IMG/VR virus record: IMGVR_UViG_3300006131_000005
Strand: one strand, 5' to 3'
Origin: a virus
Lineage: Duplodnaviria > Heunggongvirae > Uroviricota > Caudoviricetes
Length of the DNA stretch: 64,000 nucleotides
Below the pieces are notes generated by a model. It made no database searches. It saw nothing but the letters and a program-made list of their open reading frames with translations, and was not told where the DNA came from. This document shows positions 45,881 through 55,359 of this stretch, piece by piece. The translations under genes and the position numbers were made by a program. How positions within the stretch are numbered: position 1 is the stretch's first letter; each line of letters opens with the position of its first letter.

Positions 45881-46517
45881 AATTATCGCCGTTGATTTCG
45901 ACGGCACTTTGATTGAGGAGGGCAAGTGGCCGGGAATCGGGGCCACGAATGAGAAAGTTCTCGACTACTGCAAGAGCGAACAGGCCAAAGGAGCCCGCAT
46001 CATTCTTTGGACGAACCGTGTTGGAGAACCTCTCGAAGCCGCAGTCAAATGGTGCGAGAATAACGGTCTGCGCCTTGATGCAGTGAACGAGAATCTTCAA
46101 GAATCCATTGATTTCTTCGGTTTCAATACCCGCAAAATCTATGCGGACGAGTTCATCGACGACCGCATGGCGAAAGGGTTTGACCTGCCGTATGTTACTG
46201 AAGCCGAGCAAAGACTCGAAGATCTTCCTCAGTACCACATCGACCGCGATGTAATGTGCAAAATTGTTGCTGAAACGGTTGGATATGAACGGCTTATGGA
46301 TGCCTTCGACCATGGAACGGTCATTTGTGACAGTTTTGCATGGTTTCGTAACAGCGATGAATTTTATATTATCCATTTGGATAGCGGGATGATGGTCAAC
46401 TGGTACAAGCATCTCGGACGAACCAATACCTGCTCTCAGGCCAATCGAACCGTTGAGGATTATCGCACTTTCTTCACTCTTTTCAAAGAAGAATTGGATT
46501 ATTGGGGGAAGGTGTAG
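45870..46517 (+). CDS. HAD-superfamily hydrolase-like protein (N-terminal DxDGT motif), possible nucleotidase/phosphatase
   Basis: KIIAVDFDGTLIEEGKWPGIG...ARIILWTNR. Confidence 0.5.
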   Translation: MRAKIIAVDFDGTLIEEGKWPGIGATNEKVLDYCKSEQAKGARIILWTNRVGEPLEAAVKWCENNGLRLDAVNENLQESIDFFGFNTRKIYADEFIDDRMAKGFDLPYVTEAEQRLEDLPQYHIDRDVMCKIVAETVGYERLMDAFDHGTVICDSFAWFRNSDEFYIIHLDSGMMVNWYKHLGRTNTCSQANRTVEDYRTFFTLFKEELDYWGKV

Positions 46518-46521
46518 GAAA

Positions 46522-46767
46522 ATGTGCGAGTTCTGCAACCGTCACCTCAATAACGGCAAGGAATGCGGAAAGGCCTATCCAATTCAGCCTTGTGCGAGTG
46601 GTGATCTTGGAGTTCGTGCCGAGTATATCGACGGCGGCATCGTCCTATTCAAGGATCACAACTTCGCCAGTGGATATTTTGACATCAACTACTGTCCTAT
46701 CTGCGGGCGAAAGGTTGCTTCGACGGAATCTGTGACAGAAGAGGCGGAAGATGAAAACTTTCTCTGA
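46522..46767 (+). CDS. Small zinc-ribbon protein
   Basis: CEFCN...CPICG; ATG after GGGGAAGGTGTAGGAAA. Confidence 0.4.
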   Translation: MCEFCNRHLNNGKECGKAYPIQPCASGDLGVRAEYIDGGIVLFKDHNFASGYFDINYCPICGRKVASTESVTEEAEDENFL

Positions 46768-46966
46768 ACAAACAGCAAAAAATTGCAACAACTGTGTGCA
46801 TATCAACCTGACGGAAGAACAGCAACATAAAACAGCGCCCGGGGTTCCACATATCTGTATGAAATACGGGAAACGCGTGTTCCATAGGTCGAACAAACCT
46901 GGATATCATGGAATGTTATTTCCATGTAAAGAGTGCGAAGATGCAGAAAGGACCCAATCGGTGTAA
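46751..46966 (+). CDS. Small Cys-rich protein
   Basis: CNNC...C..C...CKEC. Confidence 0.35.
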   Translation: MKTFSEQTAKNCNNCVHINLTEEQQHKTAPGVPHICMKYGKRVFHRSNKPGYHGMLFPCKECEDAERTQSV

Positions 46967-46996
46967 AAACTTTATATTTGAAAGGGGTTTCTCTAA

Positions 46997-47257
46997 ATGA
47001 AGAAAAAACTAATTGCAACCGTCCTCGCTTTGGGGATGGTCATTTCTATGTCCGGGTGCGGCAACCGACAGATGATCGACCTCACCTACAACTATAAGTA
47101 CGCTGTCATCAGCCTGCCCAACGGAGATATTGTCGAGGGCGCAGTCGAGTCCTGGCGGGACTATGATGACGGCGATCAGCTTCAAGTCACTGTCGATGGC
47201 GTGACTTATCTTCTCCATGCGGCAAATGTCGCTTTGATGACGGAGGAGAAATCGTGA
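46997..47257 (+). CDS. Small lipoprotein
   Basis: MKKKLIATVLALGMVISMSGC signal+lipobox; RBS GAAAGGGG. Confidence 0.45.
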   Translation: MKKKLIATVLALGMVISMSGCGNRQMIDLTYNYKYAVISLPNGDIVEGAVESWRDYDDGDQLQVTVDGVTYLLHAANVALMTEEKS

Positions 47258-47511
47258 AAATATCCTTTTGCCTGCCCTCTTGCAATTACAATATTATCTT
47301 GACCAGGGAGGAGCTTCAACAGCTTATCGACACTGGGCATACCGGCGTCATTCGCCCTGATCGGATTTCCGGGCTTTATTATGATGAACGTGGTCGTAGG
47401 CAAGAGGGTGTCTATCACGATTTGAGGTATCTCGATAGGAACGGCGAGGAATCTGTTCAGTTTCTGACGGTTAATGTTGAAAAGGAGGCTTCGGATAATG
47501 GCCAATCTTAA
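47254..47511 (+). CDS. Hypothetical protein
   Basis: GTG start overlapping previous stop. Confidence 0.35.
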   Translation: MKISFCLPSCNYNIILTREELQQLIDTGHTGVIRPDRISGLYYDERGRRQEGVYHDLRYLDRNGEESVQFLTVNVEKEASDNGQS

Positions 47512-48016
47512 TATGACGGTTAGAACGGAAACCAGACTTTGCATTGTGAACGGCAGGGTTGGGTATTTTCATGCTTGGGAGCACTACTCAAAACCGCTCC
47601 CCGCATGTCCTCTTGTCGTCGGAGAACCTGCTGGTGTGCTCAGTCAGATATTCGGCATTGTGGAGTTTGAGGACGGCACCCGGCGGGTTGACCCGACCGA
47701 GATTATCTTCTGCGATGAGGATACCGACTTCCTCTACCAAATCAATAAAGACGAGGATGCAAAAAAGCGGATTATCCAAGGGCCGTCGGCGAAAGAAAAC
47801 GGCGCAAAGCCATCGCAAGACACCTGTCGCAATGATATTCTCAACATCCTGCTACATGCAGACGCAGTGACCTGCACTGTCACAGGCTATGAGCCAATGC
47901 TGTATGCCAGTAAAGCCCTTTACGAGATTCCGAGTAATCACCAGGTAACCATCGACTATAACAAGATGGCAAAAGCGTTATACGACGCGGGATACAGGAA
48001 AGGTGGTTCGCAATGA
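47498..48016 (+). CDS. Hypothetical protein
   Basis: ATG after GAAAAGGAGGCTTCGGATA. Confidence 0.45.
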   Translation: MANLNMTVRTETRLCIVNGRVGYFHAWEHYSKPLPACPLVVGEPAGVLSQIFGIVEFEDGTRRVDPTEIIFCDEDTDFLYQINKDEDAKKRIIQGPSAKENGAKPSQDTCRNDILNILLHADAVTCTVTGYEPMLYASKALYEIPSNHQVTIDYNKMAKALYDAGYRKGGSQ

Positions 48017-48276
48017 CTGACACTGAAATTTTCGATTTCTGTGAAGAGCACGACATCGAGGTCAGCTTCAGGTTCGAGAAGGAAATTAACGGATGTCACC
48101 TGCGGATACGGAGAGGCGCTTGGCAGTACGCCACTATTATCACACGCGAGCAGATCGAATGTACTAAGGTATGGGGCTCTGCTGTTAAAGAGCTCCTGTG
48201 CCATATGGTCGAAAAATTAGACCGGGAACAGAATGCCAGAAAGGCAGAATTGGAGGAGCATCATGATTCTGATTGA
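48013..48276 (+). CDS. Hypothetical protein
   Basis: ATGA overlap with previous gene. Confidence 0.4.
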   Translation: MTDTEIFDFCEEHDIEVSFRFEKEINGCHLRIRRGAWQYATIITREQIECTKVWGSAVKELLCHMVEKLDREQNARKAELEEHHDSD

Positions 48277-49222
48277 GAAAACCCAAATCATGGGACTGGA
48301 GCCCACTATCCGCGGGATGCGGAACCCGATGAACAGTTGGGCGAAATCCGATAGCAATATCGGGTGTGAGCATAATCTCTGCGAGAACTGCGATATTAAC
48401 CGCGAATTATGCGAAGAGATGCCGCGGTATATCGTCGGTCCCAACGACCTCGATCTGATGCTGCGGCTGGCCAGGGCCGGCTCGGTAGACGGCAAGTTCC
48501 GCCGGATGATCGCGGTGTACGTCGACATCACCGCCCCGCTCTACTGGTGGAAGGAGTTCGACACCTATAAGGTGGGTACGGTCGCCAATTCTTGCTCCAC
48601 CATGCACAGGATCCATGCCAAGGAGTTTGAACCGGAAGATTTCAGCCATGACCATCTTATGGGGGATGGTGAATGGTTCGATGTCGGAGATATTCACGGC
48701 TTAATGGAGCCTCTTAAGCTTCCCAGCTTTACGTCCAGAGAACTCCTGCAAATTATAATAGGGGCACTCAACTGTTATCGTAAGCGTTACCTTGAAACCA
48801 AGGACAAGCTTTATTGGTGGCAGATGATTCAGCTTCTCCCCTCCAGCTACAACCAGAAGCGGACGGTCATGCTGAACTACGAGGTCCTGTCCAACATCTA
48901 CCAGCACCGGCGCAACCACAAGCTGGACGAGTGGCGGGAACTCTGCAAGTGGATTGAGAGCCTGCCGTACAGCGAGGTTATTACCTGTAATGTCACCGAA
49001 GTCAAAAAGGCTGAATTGAAAACCTTTGTTGGCAACAGCGATACAACGCCTGTTCACGGCGGCGCTTTTGATAGGCCGACTAAGGCCGAACAAGAGGAAA
49101 TCGAAACTCTCCAGGCCGCCATCAACAAATTGCGGGCTCAGAAATGGAGCGAAGAGCAGATCCAGATGGTTCTCAAAGCATGGGGCGATGTTCAGAAAGA
49201 AATCCAGGAGATGAGATCATGA
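48263..49222 (+). CDS. Hypothetical protein (320 aa) with N-terminal CEHNLCENCD cluster
   Basis: Overlapping-start operon member; no confident family. Confidence 0.45.
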   Translation: MILIEKTQIMGLEPTIRGMRNPMNSWAKSDSNIGCEHNLCENCDINRELCEEMPRYIVGPNDLDLMLRLARAGSVDGKFRRMIAVYVDITAPLYWWKEFDTYKVGTVANSCSTMHRIHAKEFEPEDFSHDHLMGDGEWFDVGDIHGLMEPLKLPSFTSRELLQIIIGALNCYRKRYLETKDKLYWWQMIQLLPSSYNQKRTVMLNYEVLSNIYQHRRNHKLDEWRELCKWIESLPYSEVITCNVTEVKKAELKTFVGNSDTTPVHGGAFDRPTKAEQEEIETLQAAINKLRAQKWSEEQIQMVLKAWGDVQKEIQEMRS

Positions 49223-49869
49223 CAAAGCCCTCTAAAAACTACGGCTTCGTTCGTTGCGACTCCGAGTTTGAAGCCGTCGGGCAAGATCTCGATATGTCCA
49301 CCATGGGGATCGTCAAAGGTATTCCGATGTACCAGATGCCTGATATTTCTCGTGAACTCATGCTGCTGGAAGAGCAGCTAAAATTTTCTGCCAAAGGCAA
49401 GGAGGATAAACATATGTTAGCTATTGGAACGAAGGTCATTGTCAGAACATGCGACGACTATGGTGGCCGTCACTGCGGCCGGGTTGGTATGGTGTGCAAA
49501 CACTTCGCCAAGGACAAGAAGGTCGGCGTCATGTTCGAGGGGATCAAGAACACCGCAAGCAAGGACGGCATCTTCTGGTTCCAGGACGCCAACCTGACGC
49601 CCTACAAGGAGCCCAGCACCATGTTGAGCACCAGCGACGTGAAGAGCGTGATTTTCAACGGCGGCAAGACCATTGTGTTGTGGGCGGATGGCACCAAGAC
49701 GATTTCCACCTGCGGAGAGAGTGACACTTTTGATCCTTACGCCGGCTTCTGCGCGGCCGTTGCCAAAAAGGTGTTCGGCTCTACGGGGGCAGCGAAGCGT
49801 ATTCTCAAGAACGTTTCTAAGATTACTCCCGCAAAAAAAGAGAAAACCCTTCCTGAAACGGAGGGATAA
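49219..49869 (+). CDS. Hypothetical protein
   Basis: ATGA overlap; ATG after CAGGAGATGAGATC. Confidence 0.5.
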   Translation: MTKPSKNYGFVRCDSEFEAVGQDLDMSTMGIVKGIPMYQMPDISRELMLLEEQLKFSAKGKEDKHMLAIGTKVIVRTCDDYGGRHCGRVGMVCKHFAKDKKVGVMFEGIKNTASKDGIFWFQDANLTPYKEPSTMLSTSDVKSVIFNGGKTIVLWADGTKTISTCGESDTFDPYAGFCAAVAKKVFGSTGAAKRILKNVSKITPAKKEKTLPETEG

Positions 49870-50561
49870 GCCGAGTTATCATTGCTGACATCATCAGACG
49901 GATTATGCGGCGGTCGGACTGGAAGTAAAATTCCATCATCCCCGTTTGGCGCCTCGAAATAGATCGGAGAGGTTTGACTTTGAGGCTTATAGGCCGTACA
50001 TCCAGGGAGCGCTTGAATCATGTCAATTAGGTATTGCGGATTGACATGTATAAAATTGTCCAGAAAGTAAGATGTGGTTATCGTCTTTCTGCCGCGTTTA
50101 ACATTGTGCGTGATAATATGGGCGCGAAGTTCTCCGACTGTGGGAAGTTGAAGCGTTTCGGAGGTTGGACCGAGGCCCTTCATCACAGAAGCAACATCAA
50201 AATCGTTTTCTACATGGGGAATGCTGGAAATATCATTTGTCAGACGGAGGAGCCGATAACCGTCACAAATTACAAACCTATCACCATAAGTAAATAAACC
50301 GCACATCTCAGGTCGAGACGCATTGCAGTTCTTATAAATTCGAGTGATGGCAGCGATAGCTGTGCGAGGTGTGGTTTTAGTATCCAATTTGGCACGAGTC
50401 TCGATTAGCAGGGCAGCAGCGCTGGCGTAAAAGGGAAAATATTCGCTGCTAACCCACTTTTCCGGGTTGGAAATCACACCATCAGCGGCGCGGTTGCCGG
50501 TATGCAAGTCATATTCCTGGAGCAGTACACAGATATGGTTATACATTGTTTCGTATGTCAT
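49737..50561 (-). CDS. Hypothetical protein on opposite strand (274 aa) in AT-rich patch
   Basis: Reverse-strand AAAGGAGGG RBS 8 nt before ATG at 50561; 3' end overlaps convergent gene by ~130 nt. Confidence 0.5.
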   Translation of the reverse strand: MTYETMYNHICVLLQEYDLHTGNRAADGVISNPEKWVSSEYFPFYASAAALLIETRAKLDTKTTPRTAIAAITRIYKNCNASRPEMCGLFTYGDRFVICDGYRLLRLTNDISSIPHVENDFDVASVMKGLGPTSETLQLPTVGELRAHIITHNVKRGRKTITTSYFLDNFIHVNPQYLIDMIQALPGCTAYKPQSQTSPIYFEAPNGDDGILLPVRPPHNPSDDVSNDNSAYPSVSGRVFSFFAGVILETFLRIRFAAPVEPNTFLATAAQKPA

Positions 50562-50653
50562 GTCTTATGCCCTCCTTTATGACCGTTGAAATTCCATCCG
50601 TCAGCAATGAAAAGACTACATCATAGCCGCTATTGAGAAAGGAAACTAAAAAT

Positions 50654-50911
50654 ATGGAGCAGAAAAACTTTATTACATCGTGGCAGGAGGCCCACGCCAT
50701 CATTGATGAGGCTATGACGAAGGGCGACAGGTCGGTCTCCATCTATATTTCGCCAGACGGAGGTATGTCCATCAGCGTCTATCCCTGGCCGGATGAGGAG
50801 TCGTTGCGTACGGCCTACGAACAGGGCAAAATCTCGTATAACGACTATCGAGCAAAGCTTGGTCTGCCGATGATTAAGAACAATGAAAATCATTTTTCAA
50901 CTGAAGTCTAA
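50654..50911 (+). CDS. Hypothetical protein
   Basis: ATG after GAAAGGAAACTAAAAAT. Confidence 0.4.
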   Translation: MEQKNFITSWQEAHAIIDEAMTKGDRSVSIYISPDGGMSISVYPWPDEESLRTAYEQGKISYNDYRAKLGLPMIKNNENHFSTEV

Positions 50912-50933
50912 GAAACATAAGGAGGAATACATC

Positions 50934-51314
50934 ATGACCAAAGAAGAGCAGGTTATCGAGACCATCAGAAAAGGGCCCGGAATGAGCCCGAACGAGTATC
51001 AGCGGCTGGCGCTCCGGACGGCATCCGAGGAGTCCGTGAAAGATCCTCTCCTGAACGGCCTGCTGGGCCTTGGCGGTAAAACGGGCGAGTGCCAGGATCT
51101 CTACAAGAAGCATCGCTTCCAGGGCCATGAGCTCGACAAGGCTAAGATGGCTAAAGAGCTGGGCGATGTGTCCTGGTATCTGGCGCTCACGGCTTATGCC
51201 ATCGGCTACAACCTGGAGGATATTTTCAAGATGAACATTGAGAAGCTCCGGGCCAGGTATCCGGACGGCTTTGACGCCGACCACAGCCTCCACCGGAGGC
51301 CCGGGGATATTTAG
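50934..51314 (+). CDS. mazG: MazG-like nucleoside triphosphate pyrophosphohydrolase
   Basis: EYQRLALRT..LLNGLLGLGGKTGECQDL..ELGDVSWYLALTAYAIGYNLEDI..NIEKLRARYP. Confidence 0.6.
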   Translation: MTKEEQVIETIRKGPGMSPNEYQRLALRTASEESVKDPLLNGLLGLGGKTGECQDLYKKHRFQGHELDKAKMAKELGDVSWYLALTAYAIGYNLEDIFKMNIEKLRARYPDGFDADHSLHRRPGDI

Positions 51315-51325
51315 GAGCGGCAGTC

Positions 51326-51490
51326 ATGGAAGACCATGAGCTGTTTGTCGAGTTCGACCAATACTGCAAGACCTGTCAGTATGAAAAGCTTGCGGAAACG
51401 GACTCGCCTTGTGACGAGTGTCTGGATCATCCACTCTCACAGACCATTCTGCTACGAAAGGAGGGACTGACCTATGTTGGAGAAGCCTGA
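51326..51490 (+). CDS. Small zinc-ribbon protein (54 aa); followed by 39-codon ORF 51474..51593
   Basis: ATG after TTAGGAGCGGCAGTC; CKTC...CDEC. Confidence 0.3.
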   Translation: MEDHELFVEFDQYCKTCQYEKLAETDSPCDECLDHPLSQTILLRKEGLTYVGEA

Positions 51491-51603
51491 AATCATGGTG
51501 CCGTGCGAGGACCCTAATACCACCTATCTCTGCTACCGCGACATGCGCTTCATCTTCCGGGACGGCGTGTATGCTGGCTGGTATCGGCCGTAAATCGACG
51601 AGG

Positions 51604-51642
51604 AGAGAGCCTGCGGAAACGTGGGCTCTCTTATATTTTTTC
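51604..51642 (+). terminator. Rho-independent terminator (GAGAGCCTGCGGAAACGTGGGCTCTC + T-run)
   Basis: Hairpin family variant. Confidence 0.55.
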
Positions 51643-51692
51643 AGTTCGTCATGCTCACACTGGAGAAATCTAATTAAATTAGGAGGTCAAGA

Positions 51693-52541
51693 ATGAGCGC
51701 GATTATCATGGATGGAACCGCTCTCGCCAAGCGGATAAAGTCGAACATTCGTAAATGGACAAACAGCCTTTTCTACGTTCCCGGTCTGGCGGTTGTCATG
51801 GTCGGGAACGACTTGGCATCCGAAACCTATGTGGCCGGAAAAATCAAGGATTGTGGTGAATGCGGCTTTTACAGCGAGAAGTACATATTTGACAAGGATA
51901 CTTGCGAAGAAAATTTGATCGATCTGATTAAGCAACTGAACACCCGACGGAACATCCACGGCATCCTTGTGCAACTGCCGCTTCCGGCTGGCATCAACAA
52001 GCATCGCGTTGTCGCCAGCATCGACCCCGGTAAGGATGTAGATTGCTTGCATCCTCTTAACATGGCAAATAACGTTGTACATCGCGGCCGAGGGCCCGTG
52101 CCATGCACTCCGGCCGGAATTATGCGGTTATTAGAGGAGTACCGGTTTGATTTTTCCGGCAAACGTGCTGTCGTGATTGGCCGTTCCGATATTGTCGGCG
52201 TCCCGATGGCATTCATGCTGCAACACGCAAACGCCACTGTGACGGTCTGCCACTCTTATACGAAAGAACTCTCCGAAATCACCAGACAAGCCGATATTTT
52301 GGTGTCGGCCGTTGGAAAGTTAGGTACGGTCACCTCCGAGATGGTAAAACCTGGGGCGGTAGTCATCGACGTTGGAATTACAAGAGGCTTTGACGGAAAG
52401 TTGCATGGAGACGTTGATTTCGATAGTGTAAAAGATGTCGTGTCGCATATCACACCCATCCCCGGTGGTGTCGGCCCTATGACCAGAGCAATGCTCATGA
52501 ATAACATCTGGACAATATGCCACGAGCCCGGAAGAAAATAA
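51693..52541 (+). CDS. folD: Bifunctional 5,10-methylene-tetrahydrofolate dehydrogenase / methenyl-THF cyclohydrolase (auxiliary metabolic gene)
   Basis: Full-length collinear match to FolD: IIDGTALAKRIK, LAVVMVGNDLASETYV, ILVQLPLPAGIN, DVDCLHPLN, PCTPAGIMRLLEEY, VVIGRSDIVGVPMA, ITPIPGGVGPMTRAML; AT-rich, own RBS. Confidence 0.8.
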   Translation: MSAIIMDGTALAKRIKSNIRKWTNSLFYVPGLAVVMVGNDLASETYVAGKIKDCGECGFYSEKYIFDKDTCEENLIDLIKQLNTRRNIHGILVQLPLPAGINKHRVVASIDPGKDVDCLHPLNMANNVVHRGRGPVPCTPAGIMRLLEEYRFDFSGKRAVVIGRSDIVGVPMAFMLQHANATVTVCHSYTKELSEITRQADILVSAVGKLGTVTSEMVKPGAVVIDVGITRGFDGKLHGDVDFDSVKDVVSHITPIPGGVGPMTRAMLMNNIWTICHEPGRK

Positions 52542-52584
52542 AAGGCGCGGCAGTGGATTTTTTGATTTGAAAGGAATGGGTCAT

Positions 52585-52908
52585 ATGAACGAAAAAGTTA
52601 TACATCACAAAGAACTGTGCGATGGGCTGAACGCCTTGTACGCTCGCAAAAATCACGACTACGGCGACAGCTTCCACCAGACTTTCGTGGAGGAAGGCCT
52701 GGCAATGTCCCGTATTCGGCTGGGGGACAAATTCTCCCGCTTTAAGACCCTGTCCCGTATTTCTCCAACTGACAGCGATCAGCAGCAGGTTACGGACGAG
52801 TCCATCCGGGACACTCTCCTCGACCTCGCAAACTACGCTATCATGACCGTGTTGGAGCTAGATGAGGCAGAGAAAAAAGCCACAGCTCCAGACTATGATA
52901 TTTCGTGA
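52585..52908 (+). CDS. Small all-alpha protein with KNHDYGDSF motif (MazG-like/DUF1599-like NTP-PPase fold?), tentative
   Basis: NALYARKNHDYGDSFH..RIRLGDKFSR; typical companion of phage nucleotide-metabolism genes. Confidence 0.35.
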   Translation: MNEKVIHHKELCDGLNALYARKNHDYGDSFHQTFVEEGLAMSRIRLGDKFSRFKTLSRISPTDSDQQQVTDESIRDTLLDLANYAIMTVLELDEAEKKATAPDYDIS

Positions 52909-52918
52909 GGCATAAATC

Positions 52919-53107
52919 ATGTCTGACGAACCTACCTATATCGACTGGCTCACAACCATTGAGCCCGAAGAAGTCTGTGAAATCGCCTCCAAATACGGAA
53001 ACCGCTATGCTGAAATCACCGAGGAGCAGATTGAAGAATTGCGGGCTGGAAAGGTGCTGTGCTATGTGGACGAGTATGGCATCTTTATCAGACTGAAAAA
53101 GGAGTGA
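52919..53107 (+). CDS. Hypothetical small protein
   Basis: ORF only. Confidence 0.35.
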   Translation: MSDEPTYIDWLTTIEPEEVCEIASKYGNRYAEITEEQIEELRAGKVLCYVDEYGIFIRLKKE

Positions 53108-53252
53108 TATTTGTTGTTCAAGTTCATTTCCTTGATACTCGTTCTCGTAGGGATATTCTCCGAAAGAGTGGATGTGCTCTTCGTAGCAGCCCTGTTTGCG
53201 CTCATTTCAAACGTGGATATCTCCATCAACATCAATAAGGAGGACAAACACG

Positions 53253-53540
53253 ATGATGGCTAAACTTCAGGAGCGCTGGTACTTCCTTCTCGTTCTGCTG
53301 GATGCGGCCGGTATTGCCTGGGTCCGGACGAGGCGGACATTCCGCAGCCTGCTGGATATTCTCGTCGCACTGGTCGGGCTCCTACTCGATACCGAAACAC
53401 TGCGGAACAAGTTCTACGCCGTTCTGCTCATTGCCTGTACCATCCCGGTCGTCTTCCTCGAAGGCGATGCTACGGCGACCGTCTTTGTAGGCTTCATTGC
53501 AGTACCAATGTTCTTCGCCAAAGAGAACTGGATTTATTAG
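53253..53540 (+). CDS. Small membrane protein (3 TM)
   Basis: ATG after ATAAGGAGGACAAACACG. Confidence 0.4.
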   Translation: MMAKLQERWYFLLVLLDAAGIAWVRTRRTFRSLLDILVALVGLLLDTETLRNKFYAVLLIACTIPVVFLEGDATATVFVGFIAVPMFFAKENWIY

Positions 53541-53556
53541 AAAGGATGGAATTACC

Positions 53557-53883
53557 ATGAAAGACACCATCAGAAACATTCTCCTTGCGCTGCTCGCCGT
53601 CATCATCGTGGTGGGTGGGACCTATACCGCTATCCAGTGGGACGCCATCGTCGGCAAGTGGGAGACTGAAGCGGAGCGGGAGGTCTTCAAGCAGACAACC
53701 ACCTATTCCGAGGCCGCCGCATCCTTCCTCGTCGACAGCTATAAGCAGTATAATGACGCAGAAACCGAGACCGACAAGAGCACCATTATGGAGTATGTCA
53801 TCATGCGGTATCCCAACCTCGATACGGACTCCATCGACAACGACACCCTGCGCCGGTTCTATAACCAGTGCCTCAATCATTAA
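53557..53883 (+). CDS. Membrane-anchored protein
   Basis: ATG after AGAAAGGATGGAATTACC. Confidence 0.4.
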   Translation: MKDTIRNILLALLAVIIVVGGTYTAIQWDAIVGKWETEAEREVFKQTTTYSEAAASFLVDSYKQYNDAETETDKSTIMEYVIMRYPNLDTDSIDNDTLRRFYNQCLNH

Positions 53884-53901
53884 AAAACGGAGGAAACGAA
53901 A

Positions 53902-54432
53902 ATGAAGAAAACCATGAGAATAGCGGCTCTGTTCCTGTGCGCCGTCATGATGACCTGCCTGATGGCGGGGTGTGACGAGACTACCCGGACAAAGGAAGAA
54001 AACTACACAGAAGAAATCAAAACGCAGATCAGGGATATGTATGGTTTCCCCGAGGTTATCAATTTCTTTGAGTATTCCCAGCTCAAGGAAATTTACGAAC
54101 TCCGGGACAACCCCAACCTGATCTGTTACTGGTACACCAAGAACGATATGTCCGGCAAGTGGGTTTACCAAGGTACCTGTGTGGGATATGGTATCCCTTA
54201 TGGGGCGAGCATCACAAACCCCGAGCAGTATGAGTACAATGGGGCAACGCTTCCTCTCGCTGAGCCGAATGGCATTTATACAAACGGCCTCTCCACCTCG
54301 GCAACCTGGATTCTGACTACAGACTCCAGCGGTAAAATCACCCCTACTTACGTCGAAAGCGAAATTACCATCAGCCAGTCCAAAATAGAGGCTCGGCTCT
54401 GCGAGGACTGGTCGATTCCGTCCGACTATTAA
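53902..54432 (+). CDS. Lipoprotein
   Basis: MKKTMRIAALFLCAVMMTCLMAGC signal+lipobox. Confidence 0.5.
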   Translation: MKKTMRIAALFLCAVMMTCLMAGCDETTRTKEENYTEEIKTQIRDMYGFPEVINFFEYSQLKEIYELRDNPNLICYWYTKNDMSGKWVYQGTCVGYGIPYGASITNPEQYEYNGATLPLAEPNGIYTNGLSTSATWILTTDSSGKITPTYVESEITISQSKIEARLCEDWSIPSDY

Positions 54433-54514
54433 GAAGTGTCAGCGTCATCTACCGCGCGAAGAAAACACCCTATATTGTGGAGAACAACACTCAACAATAA
54501 AAGGAGTTTTTGAA

Positions 54515-54706
54515 ATGAAAAAGGTATTTATGTTGTTGGTAGTGGCAGCTATGATTATCTGTGCCTTCCTGGCCGGAATCGTAATTGGACCGAGTCTCGG
54601 TTCAACAGAGTGCGAATTTGGCGAGGTAGAGCTTGGAGAAATGCTGCCCGGCACCAAAGCGGCGGATGACCTGATTACTTACGAGACTGCGATAAATGGA
54701 AAGTGA
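54515..54706 (+). CDS. Small secreted/membrane protein
   Basis: N-terminal hydrophobic signal; RBS AAAAGGAG. Confidence 0.35.
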   Translation: MKKVFMLLVVAAMIICAFLAGIVIGPSLGSTECEFGEVELGEMLPGTKAADDLITYETAINGK

Positions 54707-54723
54707 TATTTCTCACGAGGATT

Positions 54724-54752
54724 GAGCCCTTAACACGGGCTCTTTCTTTTTA
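54724..54752 (+). terminator. Rho-independent terminator (GAGCCCTTAACACGGGCTC + T-run)
   Basis: Conserved hairpin family. Confidence 0.6.
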
Positions 54753-54826
54753 CCGGAAACCAAAATTGGTGAGCTCCTTACATGTAAGAAATCGTAGAGA
54801 CGTGGTATGGAGAAAGGAGTAGTACC

Positions 54827-55009
54827 ATGAAACGCAACAGACGGGTTTATGATCCTACGGGTTTTCAGGCAATCCAGAACATTACGGACGAGACCAGAAG
54901 ATTCTACAAGCTGTTGTACACCATCTACTATATTTGTGAGCTCGCTGGGTTTGACGTCGGTGAACGCATTGTCCTCATTGACATGAAAACGGGACGTATC
55001 TGGAAGTAA
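54827..55009 (+). CDS. Small protein, paralog of 56314..56529 (C-term ICELAGFDVGERIVLIDMKTGRIWK)
   Basis: ATG after GAAAGGAGTAGTACC. Confidence 0.4.
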   Translation: MKRNRRVYDPTGFQAIQNITDETRRFYKLLYTIYYICELAGFDVGERIVLIDMKTGRIWK

Positions 55010-55029
55010 CTATATTTTTGGAGGCTACC

Positions 55030-55359
55030 ATGAGAGTCAAGAAAGCCGGTGGCAGGATATTCGGAGGAACAATGTCCGCTGCCGAGAAAAAAGCCATGGA
55101 CTTGGAAATCCAGCGTCAACTCGCCGAGTACGACCGGAAGCATCTGATCGAGATCGACGCCATGATCCTCTGGGTGCTGCATGAACGGTTTGGTTTCGGC
55201 CCCAAAAGGTTGCGGCAATACTACGACAGCTTCCGGGCCTGCACCAACGAGCTGGTTGAGCGGTACCAGATGGACACTGGTGATGACGTGTGGCTCTGTA
55301 CACAGATGCTGAAGCGCATTGGTGTGGACGTCGAGCAGTGGCATAAGGAGGTGAATTGA
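55030..55359 (+). CDS. Hypothetical protein
   Basis: ATG after TTGGAGGCTACC. Confidence 0.4.
   Translation: MRVKKAGGRIFGGTMSAAEKKAMDLEIQRQLAEYDRKHLIEIDAMILWVLHERFGFGPKRLRQYYDSFRACTNELVERYQMDTGDDVWLCTQMLKRIGVDVEQWHKEVN

Noticed and set aside
48263-49222. Calling this protein a ThyX-type thymidylate synthase (consumer of FolD product)
   Set aside because: Only a vague resemblance (ITAPLYWWKEF vs ThyX ..KAPIFVARQWF). The diagnostic RHRxxSxxxxSxRY motif is absent, so it is left as hypothetical.
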